From the NCBI GenBank assembly GCA_048632005.1, contig JAIWEW010000001.1, positions 1 to 29,853 of the forward strand: a DNA stretch of 29,853 nt, given 5' to 3'. Below are positions 17,870-27,000 of this stretch, piece by piece. Below the pieces are notes generated by a model. That model was not told the origin of the DNA. It worked only from the letters and a program-made list of their open reading frames with translations, and made no database searches. Every line of letters begins with the position of its first letter. Position 1 is the stretch's first letter. The position numbers were made by a program, and so were the translations under genes. The DNA comes from a bacterium. GTDB lineage: Bacteria; Chloroflexota; Dehalococcoidia; E44-bin15.

Positions 17870-19294
17870 TCAAGGTAGAAAGATGGTCGCTGCAGTCTCT
17901 GAAAACTTCATCAGTATCCAGGGGTAAATACCGAGCAACAATACGCCGAAGCAGGCGATGGCGAGCGCGACGCGGAGCCCACTTGAGGCATGTATCCGCT
18001 CCTCCGATAGCGGCTCCCCTAAAAACATCACTCGCACAACCCTTAAATAGTAATACGCGGAAATGGCAGAATTAATCACGGCGATGATAACAAGCCACAG
18101 CAGGTCAGCGTTTACGCCAGCGCTGAATATGTAAATCTTGGCCATGAACCCCGCTGTAGGGGGGATGCCGGTAAGTGAGATGAGGCAGAGAGCCAGGGCC
18201 AAGGCAAATAACGGGGCTCGCCGTACCATGCCAGAATAATCAGCTATCTCATCGCTATTGATCTTATTGGAGATAGCAATGATTGCAATAAAAGCCCCCA
18301 GATTTGTAAGTGCATAGCAAGCTAAGAAGAACATTATTGCACTGCTCGCCTCGGTGGTAAATGCCGCCAGCCCGATCATGATGTAGCCCGCCTGGGCGAT
18401 GCTGGAGTACGCCAGCATGCGCTTGATGTTTTTCTGCGTAAGGGCGACGATATTGCCAATAGTCATCGTGATGGCGGCAAGAACAGCGAATATCATCCCC
18501 CAGTCCAGGCTCGCCGGCCCTAAGGCCTCATAGAATACCCTTAGTATGACCGCAAAGCCCGCCGCTTTACTGGCTACGGAAAGATAGGCGGTAATGGGAG
18601 TGGGCGCCCCTTCGTAAACATCGGGAACCCACATCTGGAAGGGAACAGCGGCGATCTTGAATCCAAATCCAGCTACCAATAGTACAATACCCATCAGGAG
18701 AGCCGGACTGCCCAATATCCCCTGAGACGATATAGCCGCGGCAATCTCGTCAAGATAGGTGGTGCCCGTAAGCCCGTAAACCAGCGCCATACCGTACAGC
18801 AGCACCGCACTGGCCACCGCACCCAGGAGCAGGTACTTTAATCCCGCCTCGCTGGACTTGGAATCCTTTAAAAATCCGGCTAAGACATAAAGAGAGATTC
18901 CGGTCAGCTCTAATGCAACGAATATTGAGATCAGCTCCCTGGTAGATGCCAGTAGCATCATCCCTGTAGTGGCTAGGAGCACCAGGGCGTAGTATTCCGC
19001 GCGGAAGGCGGCGAACTTGCGTGAATATTCGGTGGAGGAGATGAGTATCAGCGCTGCAATTCCCAGGAAAAGGAGGCTGAAGAAGATGGAGAATTGATCA
19101 ACTGCCAGCGCACCACCAAAGGAAGTTTCAACCCTGCCCCACAGTGATAAGGCAAAGATGGCGGACACGATGATACCGGTAACGCCTACCCATCCCAGTA
19201 TCCATTTTTCCTTGACAACAAACAGGTCGAGGAAAATTACCACCAAGGCCGTGGCCAACAGGCTTATCTCAGGTGATAGGAGATAAAGGTCCAA
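17870..19294 (-). CDS. nuoN: Complex I subunit N
   Basis: Antiporter-like polytopic protein: LELTG, SSEAGLKY, GFKIAAVPFQMWVPDVYEGAPTP, ASKAAG, GFMAK. Confidence 0.95.
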   Translation of the reverse strand: MDLYLLSPEISLLATALVVIFLDLFVVKEKWILGWVGVTGIIVSAIFALSLWGRVETSFGGALAVDQFSIFFSLLFLGIAALILISSTEYSRKFAAFRAEYYALVLLATTGMMLLASTRELISIFVALELTGISLYVLAGFLKDSKSSEAGLKYLLLGAVASAVLLYGMALVYGLTGTTYLDEIAAAISSQGILGSPALLMGIVLLVAGFGFKIAAVPFQMWVPDVYEGAPTPITAYLSVASKAAGFAVILRVFYEALGPASLDWGMIFAVLAAITMTIGNIVALTQKNIKRMLAYSSIAQAGYIMIGLAAFTTEASSAIMFFLACYALTNLGAFIAIIAISNKINSDEIADYSGMVRRAPLFALALALCLISLTGIPPTAGFMAKIYIFSAGVNADLLWLVIIAVINSAISAYYYLRVVRVMFLGEPLSEERIHASSGLRVALAIACFGVLLLGIYPWILMKFSETAATIFLP

Positions 19295-19390
19295 TACTCG
19301 CTCCTTCTACGGCTTTGCATTATGTCTACATAAAACATTGGCTATATCCCATACATCCAGATCCTAATAATTCCAGGCTACCGGGCAATA

Positions 19391-19813
19391 CTAACAAACC
19401 TTCGCTATCTCGAGCAGCTTCTGCGTATCCCTGTGTAGCTCGTCCCATATCTCGGGGAGCTCTTCGCGAGAAACCCAGATGCCTTCGCCCACGTCGCTTC
19501 CCGGTCGGAATGCCCCACCGACCAGGCGTGCTAGAGAATCGATGTAAATTACATGAAGCGTTGTCTCGCCATCCGATTTCACTATCCGCTCAAATGGAGG
19601 TAGTAGAGTATTAAGTTCTATATCGAGATCGGTTTCTTCCTTAACCTCCCTGATGATTCCCTCCCCGATACTTTCCCCCAATTCCAGTGTACCCCCGGGG
19701 CAGATCCATTTCCCCTGCCAGAAACCATTCCTTTCCGGCACATGCTTCACCAGCAAGACCCGCTCTTTCTCATCAACAATCACGGCTCCAACCGCGACTA
19801 TTATCCTAACCAT
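19391..19813 (-). CDS. NUDIX hydrolase (MutT-like) inside the nuo operon
   Basis: Nudix box GTLELGESIGEGIIREVKEETDL; start overlaps the nuoM stop by 8 bp. Confidence 0.88.
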   Translation of the reverse strand: MVRIIVAVGAVIVDEKERVLLVKHVPERNGFWQGKWICPGGTLELGESIGEGIIREVKEETDLDIELNTLLPPFERIVKSDGETTLHVIYIDSLARLVGGAFRPGSDVGEGIWVSREELPEIWDELHRDTQKLLEIAKVC

Positions 19814-21290
19814 TAAAAATCCCTACAATCGGCTGAATGCCCATCTTAATTACATCGGTAAATATTACGGGATAGAGACCGATTAGCATGATCACCGCTA
19901 CAAACGCGAATATATACACCTTTTCCAGCCTGTCGGCATCGGGCACACCATTAAATTCATCCCATGGCGGGCCATAGAACACGCGCCGCAGCATCCACAG
20001 GATATATCCTGCACCAAACACCACACCCGTAATTGCCAGAATGGTATATATCTGAATGCCGGAAACCATCGTGCTACCATAGCTACCAACGAAGGTTATA
20101 GCCTCGGCAGCGAAACCACTGGTGCCAGGGAGTCCCAGGGCAGCGAAGCCGGCAATACTAAACACGACTGCAATTACAGGCATCTGGCGCACTAGCCCGC
20201 CCAGCCTGGGGATGCTACGTTCATGAGTTTTATAGTAGACTAGTCCAACCATGGCAAACAGGAGTCCGGTTATAACGCCGTGGCTGACCATCTGCAGTAC
20301 GGCACCGGTCATGCTTACCTCTGTTAGAGCGAAAATACCCAGCAGGACAAAGCCCATATGGCTCACGCTGCTGTAGGCGATCAGTTTCTTTAAATCTGTC
20401 TGCCGCAATGTCAGCGCCGCACCGTAAATCACACTGATCACAGCTATCACAACGAAGAGTAATGCGTATCTCTCCGCAGTCTCAGGGAAAATGCTAACCG
20501 AGACCCTGATCATTCCATAGCCCCCCATCTTGAGGAGTACACCGGCAAGCACCACGCTCACCGCTGTGGGGGCATCGGTATGCGCATCGGGAAGCCATGT
20601 ATGTAATGGGAAAATTGGCAGTTTAATTGCATAAGCAGCTATGATGAGGAAGAATATTCCGCCTGCCATCGTTGAGCTTAGGATGGAATCGAGTCCCATC
20701 CCTGCCAGTACTATCATGTCGAAGGTGCCCGCCTGTAAATACAGTAGCAGTATACCGGCCAGCATAAAGGCACTGCCGAAGAGTGTATAGAGGACGAACT
20801 TGATGGCCGAGTACTCCTTCCTTCCCGTGCCCCAGATGGTTATGAGCATATACATCGGTATTAGCTCTACCTCCCAGAAAATGAAGAATAGAATGAGGTC
20901 CAGGGAGCAGAACACACCCAGTATGCCCATTTCCAGTAACAGGAGCCAGGCGAAGTATTCCTTGATCCTGAGGTCTACCTTCCACGATATTAGCACTGCG
21001 AGGAAGCCAATGAACGTGGTAAGGAGTACCAGGGGCAGGCTCAAACCGTCAACGCCCATGAAGTACTGGACATTAAATGCCGGGATCCATGACAACTGTT
21101 CTACGAACTGTGGCCCGTCAATCGAGCGGTCGAACATGGCGAAGAGGGCCAGGGAGAGAGCGAAAGAAACCGCGGTGAAAAACGCAGCGGTAAGCTTTAT
21201 CCGCCTGGGGTTAGCCCCGGGAAGCAGGGCAATAATAATTGCCCCGATGACGGGGAGGAAGATGATAGCCGAGAGATAGGGAAAATCCAA
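19806..21290 (-). CDS. nuoM: Complex I subunit M
   Basis: GVDGLS, FWEVELIPMY, IKLPIFPLHTWLPDAH, LLKMGGYG and SGFAAE motifs. Confidence 0.96.
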   Translation of the reverse strand: MDFPYLSAIIFLPVIGAIIIALLPGANPRRIKLTAAFFTAVSFALSLALFAMFDRSIDGPQFVEQLSWIPAFNVQYFMGVDGLSLPLVLLTTFIGFLAVLISWKVDLRIKEYFAWLLLLEMGILGVFCSLDLILFFIFWEVELIPMYMLITIWGTGRKEYSAIKFVLYTLFGSAFMLAGILLLYLQAGTFDMIVLAGMGLDSILSSTMAGGIFFLIIAAYAIKLPIFPLHTWLPDAHTDAPTAVSVVLAGVLLKMGGYGMIRVSVSIFPETAERYALLFVVIAVISVIYGAALTLRQTDLKKLIAYSSVSHMGFVLLGIFALTEVSMTGAVLQMVSHGVITGLLFAMVGLVYYKTHERSIPRLGGLVRQMPVIAVVFSIAGFAALGLPGTSGFAAEAITFVGSYGSTMVSGIQIYTILAITGVVFGAGYILWMLRRVFYGPPWDEFNGVPDADRLEKVYIFAFVAVIMLIGLYPVIFTDVIKMGIQPIVGIFNG

Positions 21291-21306
21291 CCTTTCCTCC
21301 TAGTTA

Positions 21307-23229
21307 CTAATTAAACATAAATAGAAAAGCCACTATAGCCAGTATGCCAATAAACATCGCCAGTCCATAGACCTGTAATTGTCCCGTTTCCAGCCTCCGC
21401 ATAACTTTCCCACCCGCCACTGTAACCATGGCGACGCCGTTCACGGCACCATCAACGATGTGCGTATCTATCCATTCAAGGACAACGAAAACGCCGTCCA
21501 CTAAAAATCTCATAAGAAAGATTCTCTCGTAAAGCTCATCGATGAAGTATTTGCGGATAAGTAATGTATGGATGGGGCCAAGGCTCTTCCCAATAGATTT
21601 CGCTGACAACAATTTCCTTCCGTATATAGCATAGGCCAGCAAGATACCGGCGAATCCGAAAATGAGTGACACCCAGGCCAGCCAGCTGGTGAGGGCACCG
21701 AAGAAGCTGAAGTGGACGTCCGCTCCCAGGTAATCGCCAACCGGCAGCCAACCCGCAATCACCGCAAATATAGCCAGGATAACAAGTGGGATGATTATGA
21801 TCTTTGGCGACTCATGTAGGCCATGGCCGTGGCTACCTTCCTCACCACCCCTGTATTCCCCGTGAAAGGTGAGGAATACCGCGCGGAACATATAGAAGGC
21901 AGTCATAAAGACGGTAATCATCGCTAACCAGAATAAGACCGGGGCGTACGCATTTGCCTCATGCAGGATGCCCTCTTTGCTCCAGAACCCCGCCAGCGGC
22001 CAGATTCCGGCAAGGCTCAACGAGCCTATGACGAATGTGGCGTATGTCCAGGGTTGTATCTTCCGAAGCCCACCCATTTTTCTCATATCGAAGGTACCGG
22101 TAGCATGGCTGGCGCTCCCCGAACCCAGAAAGAGGAGTGCCTTGAAGAAGGCGTGGGTAAACAGATGGAAGATTGCCACCGCTACACCCAGTGCCATTGC
22201 ATGATGCTCATCGATAGCACCGCTGGCATAGCCCATCCCCACCGCTCCCATACCCAGCATCATGTAGCCGAGCTGGCTGATGGTGGAGAATGCCAGCACC
22301 CGCTTAATATCGGTCGCTACTAGACCCATGGAGGCGGCGAATATTGCGGTGAAGCCCCCGATAATGGCCACTATAGTTATTGCCATCTCAGAGGAGGCGA
22401 TCATGGGGAACATACGCGCAATCAAGTAAACGCCTGCGGTGACCATGGTAGCGGCATGGATTAGGGCGCTGACCGGTGTCGGGCCTTCCATAGCGTCGGG
22501 GAGCCATGTATGCAGTGGAAACTGACCCGATTTTCCTACCGCCCCGGAAAAGATGCCGATAGCCGCTAAGGTGAGCGTTGTACCGCCTAATACACCAGCA
22601 AGTGCCAATTCATGAAGCTCACCAATATCAAATGTGCCGGTCTTGACGTAGAGGAAGATGATGGCCACCAGGAAGCCGAAATCACCGATACGGGTGACCA
22701 AGAAGGCCTTCATCGCCGCCCTGGCTGCAGAAGGTTTGTGGAACCAGAATCCGATAAGCAGGTACGAGCACAGCCCCACACCCTCCCAGAACAGGAAGAG
22801 GAAAAGGAGGTTGTTGGCCATCACCAGCCCCAGCATGGAGCCGGTGAACAGCGACATGAAGGCGAAGTAGCGGGCAAATCCCCCGTCTCCCTTCATATAG
22901 CCGATGGAATATATCTGTACCAGGAGGCTTATGGTGCTGACCGTAACTACCATTATCGCTGCCAGCGAGTCCATTGTTATACCGATATTGATTACCAGAT
23001 CGCCGATGGACAGCCACTGGTAGCTGACGTCTGTTAGTACGTGATTCTCCGCTCCATTGACCGCGATTAGTGCCCAGATAGATAGGATGAGAGAGCCTGC
23101 TATGGCACAAATTGTGGTATACGCGCTGAGCATTGGCCGATTATTGAAGAACGGCCTCAATATCAGCCCGATAATGAGGAAGGACAAGAAAGGTAATAGA
23201 AATATGGCCCAAACTGCTATATTCGGCAT
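21307..23229 (-). CDS. nuoL: Complex I subunit L
   Basis: WEGVG, GKSGQFPLHTWLPDAMEGPTPVSALIHAATMV, HAFFKALLFL and GFWSK motifs; C-terminal lateral helix region ending TGQLQVY. Confidence 0.96.
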   Translation of the reverse strand: MPNIAVWAIFLLPFLSFLIIGLILRPFFNNRPMLSAYTTICAIAGSLILSIWALIAVNGAENHVLTDVSYQWLSIGDLVINIGITMDSLAAIMVVTVSTISLLVQIYSIGYMKGDGGFARYFAFMSLFTGSMLGLVMANNLLFLFLFWEGVGLCSYLLIGFWFHKPSAARAAMKAFLVTRIGDFGFLVAIIFLYVKTGTFDIGELHELALAGVLGGTTLTLAAIGIFSGAVGKSGQFPLHTWLPDAMEGPTPVSALIHAATMVTAGVYLIARMFPMIASSEMAITIVAIIGGFTAIFAASMGLVATDIKRVLAFSTISQLGYMMLGMGAVGMGYASGAIDEHHAMALGVAVAIFHLFTHAFFKALLFLGSGSASHATGTFDMRKMGGLRKIQPWTYATFVIGSLSLAGIWPLAGFWSKEGILHEANAYAPVLFWLAMITVFMTAFYMFRAVFLTFHGEYRGGEEGSHGHGLHESPKIIIIPLVILAIFAVIAGWLPVGDYLGADVHFSFFGALTSWLAWVSLIFGFAGILLAYAIYGRKLLSAKSIGKSLGPIHTLLIRKYFIDELYERIFLMRFLVDGVFVVLEWIDTHIVDGAVNGVAMVTVAGGKVMRRLETGQLQVYGLAMFIGILAIVAFLFMFN

Positions 23230-23233
23230 AGTA

Positions 23234-23539
23234 CTACCATTTCATCAGATCGAATTTCTCCGAATCCACCGTTTTCTTTGATCGATAGATGGCGATTATA
23301 AGCGCCAGGCCAACCGCAACCTCGGCGGCAGCGACTACCATGATAAAGATGACAAAGACCTGCCCGGTAATGAACTGGCCATACCGGGAGAAAGCCACCA
23401 TGGCGATATTTACTGCTGTAAGCATGATCTCGATGCTCATCAGGATGACTACCGCATTTCTCTTTGCTAAAACGCCATAGAGTCCGATTGCGAAAAGGAC
23501 TGCCGAAAGCACTAAGAAATGTTCGAGACCAACAGCCAT
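23234..23539 (-). CDS. nuoK: Complex I subunit K
   Basis: KRN...MSIEIML...[10 protein letters not shown]. Confidence 0.95.
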   Translation of the reverse strand: MAVGLEHFLVLSAVLFAIGLYGVLAKRNAVVILMSIEIMLTAVNIAMVAFSRYGQFITGQVFVIFIMVVAAAEVAVGLALIIAIYRSKKTVDSEKFDLMKW

Positions 23540-23542
23540 TTT

Positions 23543-24031
23543 TTATTTATCCCTCACTAGTACTATAGCTCCGATTATCGCTGCTAGCATAAGCGCGGCG
23601 GCAATCTCAAAGGCGAGGACAAATCCGTCCTCACTAAATATGGCATGTGCAATCGCCGATGTTGTGGATTCGGTGGGAACCTCAGCGACGACATTCCAAT
23701 CGGTGTTTACCAGGGCAAAGATCATGGTCGCTAGAAATAGGAGGCCTATAAATAAGGCGGGGAGCCGCAGTCGACCCGAGGGGCTGCCCTGCCGGCTATC
23801 TCTGGTGAGCATAATGGCAAAGATGATAAACACCCCGATCGCACCTACATAGATGAGCACCTGCGCCCCTGCGAGGAAATCGGCGCTCAGCGTGGCATAG
23901 ATACCTGCCACAGTGAAAAAGCAGAGCACCAGGAAAAGAGCGGCGCGGAATAGATCGCGCGTCAACACCACAGCCAGCGCCGAAGCCACGCTCACCACCG
24001 CCAAAATCCAGAAAGCAATATCCATACCCAT
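23543..24031 (-). CDS. nuoJ: Complex I subunit J
   Basis: AQVLIYVGAI and FEIAAALMLAAIIGAI; start coupled to the upstream stop (TAATG). Confidence 0.95.
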   Translation of the reverse strand: MGMDIAFWILAVVSVASALAVVLTRDLFRAALFLVLCFFTVAGIYATLSADFLAGAQVLIYVGAIGVFIIFAIMLTRDSRQGSPSGRLRLPALFIGLLFLATMIFALVNTDWNVVAEVPTESTTSAIAHAIFSEDGFVLAFEIAAALMLAAIIGAIVLVRDK

Positions 24032-27000
24032 TACGCCACTTTTTCCTTCTCTACCTCATCCTCTACTACCTCTACTTTATCCTCTACTACCCGGTTGCGG
24101 TCTAGAAGAAGAGCCTGTTTGGGCAAGGTTGGCTCAATCTCGGGACGAGCATATGCGCTAGGCTGCATTTCGGGGGATGGTCTAAGCCCCTCTTTATCCA
24201 GTTCCATGTCTTCCCTGCGGTAACAGGATGCCTCGTACATTCTCGATAGGTATAACCGGTGGGCAGGACATGCCTCAATGCATAGGCCACAGAATATACA
24301 TTCTCCAAGGTCAATATCAAATCTCTCTACACCCGTTGTTCCCTCCGGTGTCTCTTGGGGCAATATCTTAATAACCCCATAAGGGCACGCATTTGCACAC
24401 TGCTGGCACCAGGCGCAGAAACCACAGTTGAAGCACCTCTTGGCTTCCGCGATACAGTCATCTTCGGAGAAGCTGATAGCACACTCCTCGAATCCCTTGA
24501 CCCTCTCCTCAACGCTTACGTGTGACAGCTTGGCTCTTTCCGCTTTATCATAGTCACTGATGTCCAGGTCCTCGAATGCTACCTGTTCCATCGGTAGCGC
24601 CTGCTTTGATATATCTATACTCTCGCCGCGAAGATAGCTATCAATAGCGATCGCCGCCTTCGCTCCATCCCCTATGGCCTCCACCACCGTCGCCGGCCCG
24701 CTTACTGCATCCCCGCAGGCAAAGATGCCGGGTTTGTTGGTAGCGTTGCTAATGGAATCGACATCGAAGGTATTCCATTTTGTAATCTGTATATCCTCCC
24801 CCCCGCTCAAGAAATCGAGATCGGGTCTCTGACCAATTGCGGGGATAATCATGTCGACATCGAGGACAAATTCCGATCCCTTGACCTCTACCGGTCGTCT
24901 CCTGCCACTGGCATCTGGCTCCCCCAGCTCCATTTTGATACACTCCATCCCCGCCACTCTGCCACCATCGTCAACAACCCTAACCGGGGCCGCCAGGTAA
25001 TGAATGGTGATATTTTCCGCTATTGCATCCTCTATTTCCTCTTCATCGGCCGGCATCTCCTGCCTCGACCTGCGATAAACGATAAACACTTCCTTAGCAC
25101 CCATACGAAGGGCCGTCCTCGCAGCGTCTATGGCCACATTGCCACCGCCGACTATAGCTACTTTATTCCCTATCTTGACCTCTTTACCCAGGGCTACATC
25201 GCGAAGGAAATACACACCATGATATACGCCTTCAAGTTCCTCTCCGGGGATACCCAGCTTCATGCTGGTGTGGGCTCCAACTGCGAGGAGTATTGCCTTA
25301 TATCCCTGCTGCTGAAGCGATTCAAGAGTAAGGCCATTCTTACCCACGGGGCTGTTCAGCTTTATCTCAACGCCGCAAGCTTTGATATTATCTATTTCCT
25401 TTTGCAGAACTGCCTTTGACAGGCGATATTCCGGAATGCCCACCCATAGCATGCCACCGGGAACGGGAAGGGCTTCAAATACCGTCACTTCATAGCCCAG
25501 CCTGGCCAGGTCGCGGGCAGCGGTTAGACCACCGGGGCCAGAACCGACTACAGCCACTTTCTCACCCCAGGTTCTGGGGTAAGGGGTCACATCCCCCCTG
25601 CCTACGCTAAGCTCATAATCGGTCACGAACCGCTTTATGTCACGAATAGCAATCGGCTGATCGAAGCAGCCTCGATTGCACGCCTTCTCACAGGGGTGCG
25701 TGCAAACCCGGCCACAGGTGATAGGGAAGGGATTGGTTTCCCTTATCAGCTCAACGGCCTCCTGAAACTTACCCTGAGAGGCATAGGCCACATATCCCTG
25801 CACATCCACACTGGCAGGACATGCCGCAATGCATGGAGCCCGTTTCCGCTCGTCCCGCACAAAGCTTTGTCCCCGGGCACGTTTGGACACGCTCAGCCGC
25901 TGCTCAGGATATTGCACCGTGATGGGATGACGGAAAAGATGCCTGAAGGTCAGCGCCATACCCTTGGCCACTCCCCGACCAAAATGAGTAAAGCTTACCC
26001 TCTCGCCGTACACCCTGAACATGCTTGACCAGAGGACGATTAGTATAGCAGCGATGGGGATATTGACGAACATAAGCCACCACGGGAACTCGGGCCATAA
26101 GATCACCTCGATACCGGTGACAAAGATATTAATAATCGCCAATGGGAAGAGGAATTTCCAGGCAAACTCCATCAGCTGGTCCACCCTTAGCCGTGGCAGG
26201 GTGCTACGTATCCATACAAGAGCGGCGAATACAATGAGCACCTTGAGCATGAACCACATCGCATCCGGTAACAGTGGTCCCTTTCCACCGCCAAGGAAAA
26301 GCGCTGTCAGAATAGCGGAGGCAGCGAAGGCATGGGCGTATTCCCCCAACATGAACAGTCCATACTTCATTCCAGAGTATTCAGTATGGAAACCTGCCAC
26401 GATCTCGGAATCTGCCTCTAGAAGGTCGAATGGGCTGCGGTTGATCTCCGCCGCCAGTGCCAGGAAGAATATTAAGAATCCCAGGGGCTGAAGTAAAAGG
26501 AAGGGCACACTTTGTGCCTCTACTATGCTAACCATTGACATAGAGCCGGCTATCATAAGCACACCTATGATGGAAAGCACCAGCGGGACCTCATAGCTTA
26601 CCATCTGGGCCATAACGCGCATGGCACCGAGAAGGGAGTACTTATTACTTGAGCTCCACCCCGCCATAAAAATACCGATTACCCCCAGTGAGGATACCGC
26701 AATTATGTAAAGTATTCCGATATTAAGATCGGCGATAAAGCCACCGTGGCCCCATGGCATGACAGCAAAGATCAGCAGCACCGGAACGAACGTTATAACG
26801 GGGGCAAGCCAGTGAATCTTGCGGTCCGCGAGTATGGGGATGATATCCTCTTTAAGTAGAATCTTAATAGCATCGGCTACCGGCTGAAGGACACCCTGCG
26901 GCCCTGCCCGATTGGGTCCCTGACGAATCTGGAACCTCCCTAGTAATCTTCGCTCAATATAGATGAAGCTCATCACCACTAAAAGGATGCATGTAGAGAG

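Noticed and set aside
19295-19390. Possible internal promoter or scar between the NUDIX gene and nuoN
   Set aside because: Only a weak CATAAT, with no convincing -35, hairpin or target-site duplication
24418-25842. Glutamate synthase small subunit gene (gltD) or an HdrA gene accidentally joined to nuo
   Set aside because: No separate start or stop, no gltB or hdrBC nearby, and NuoI sequence resumes in register on both sides of the insert; misassembly still needs a read check
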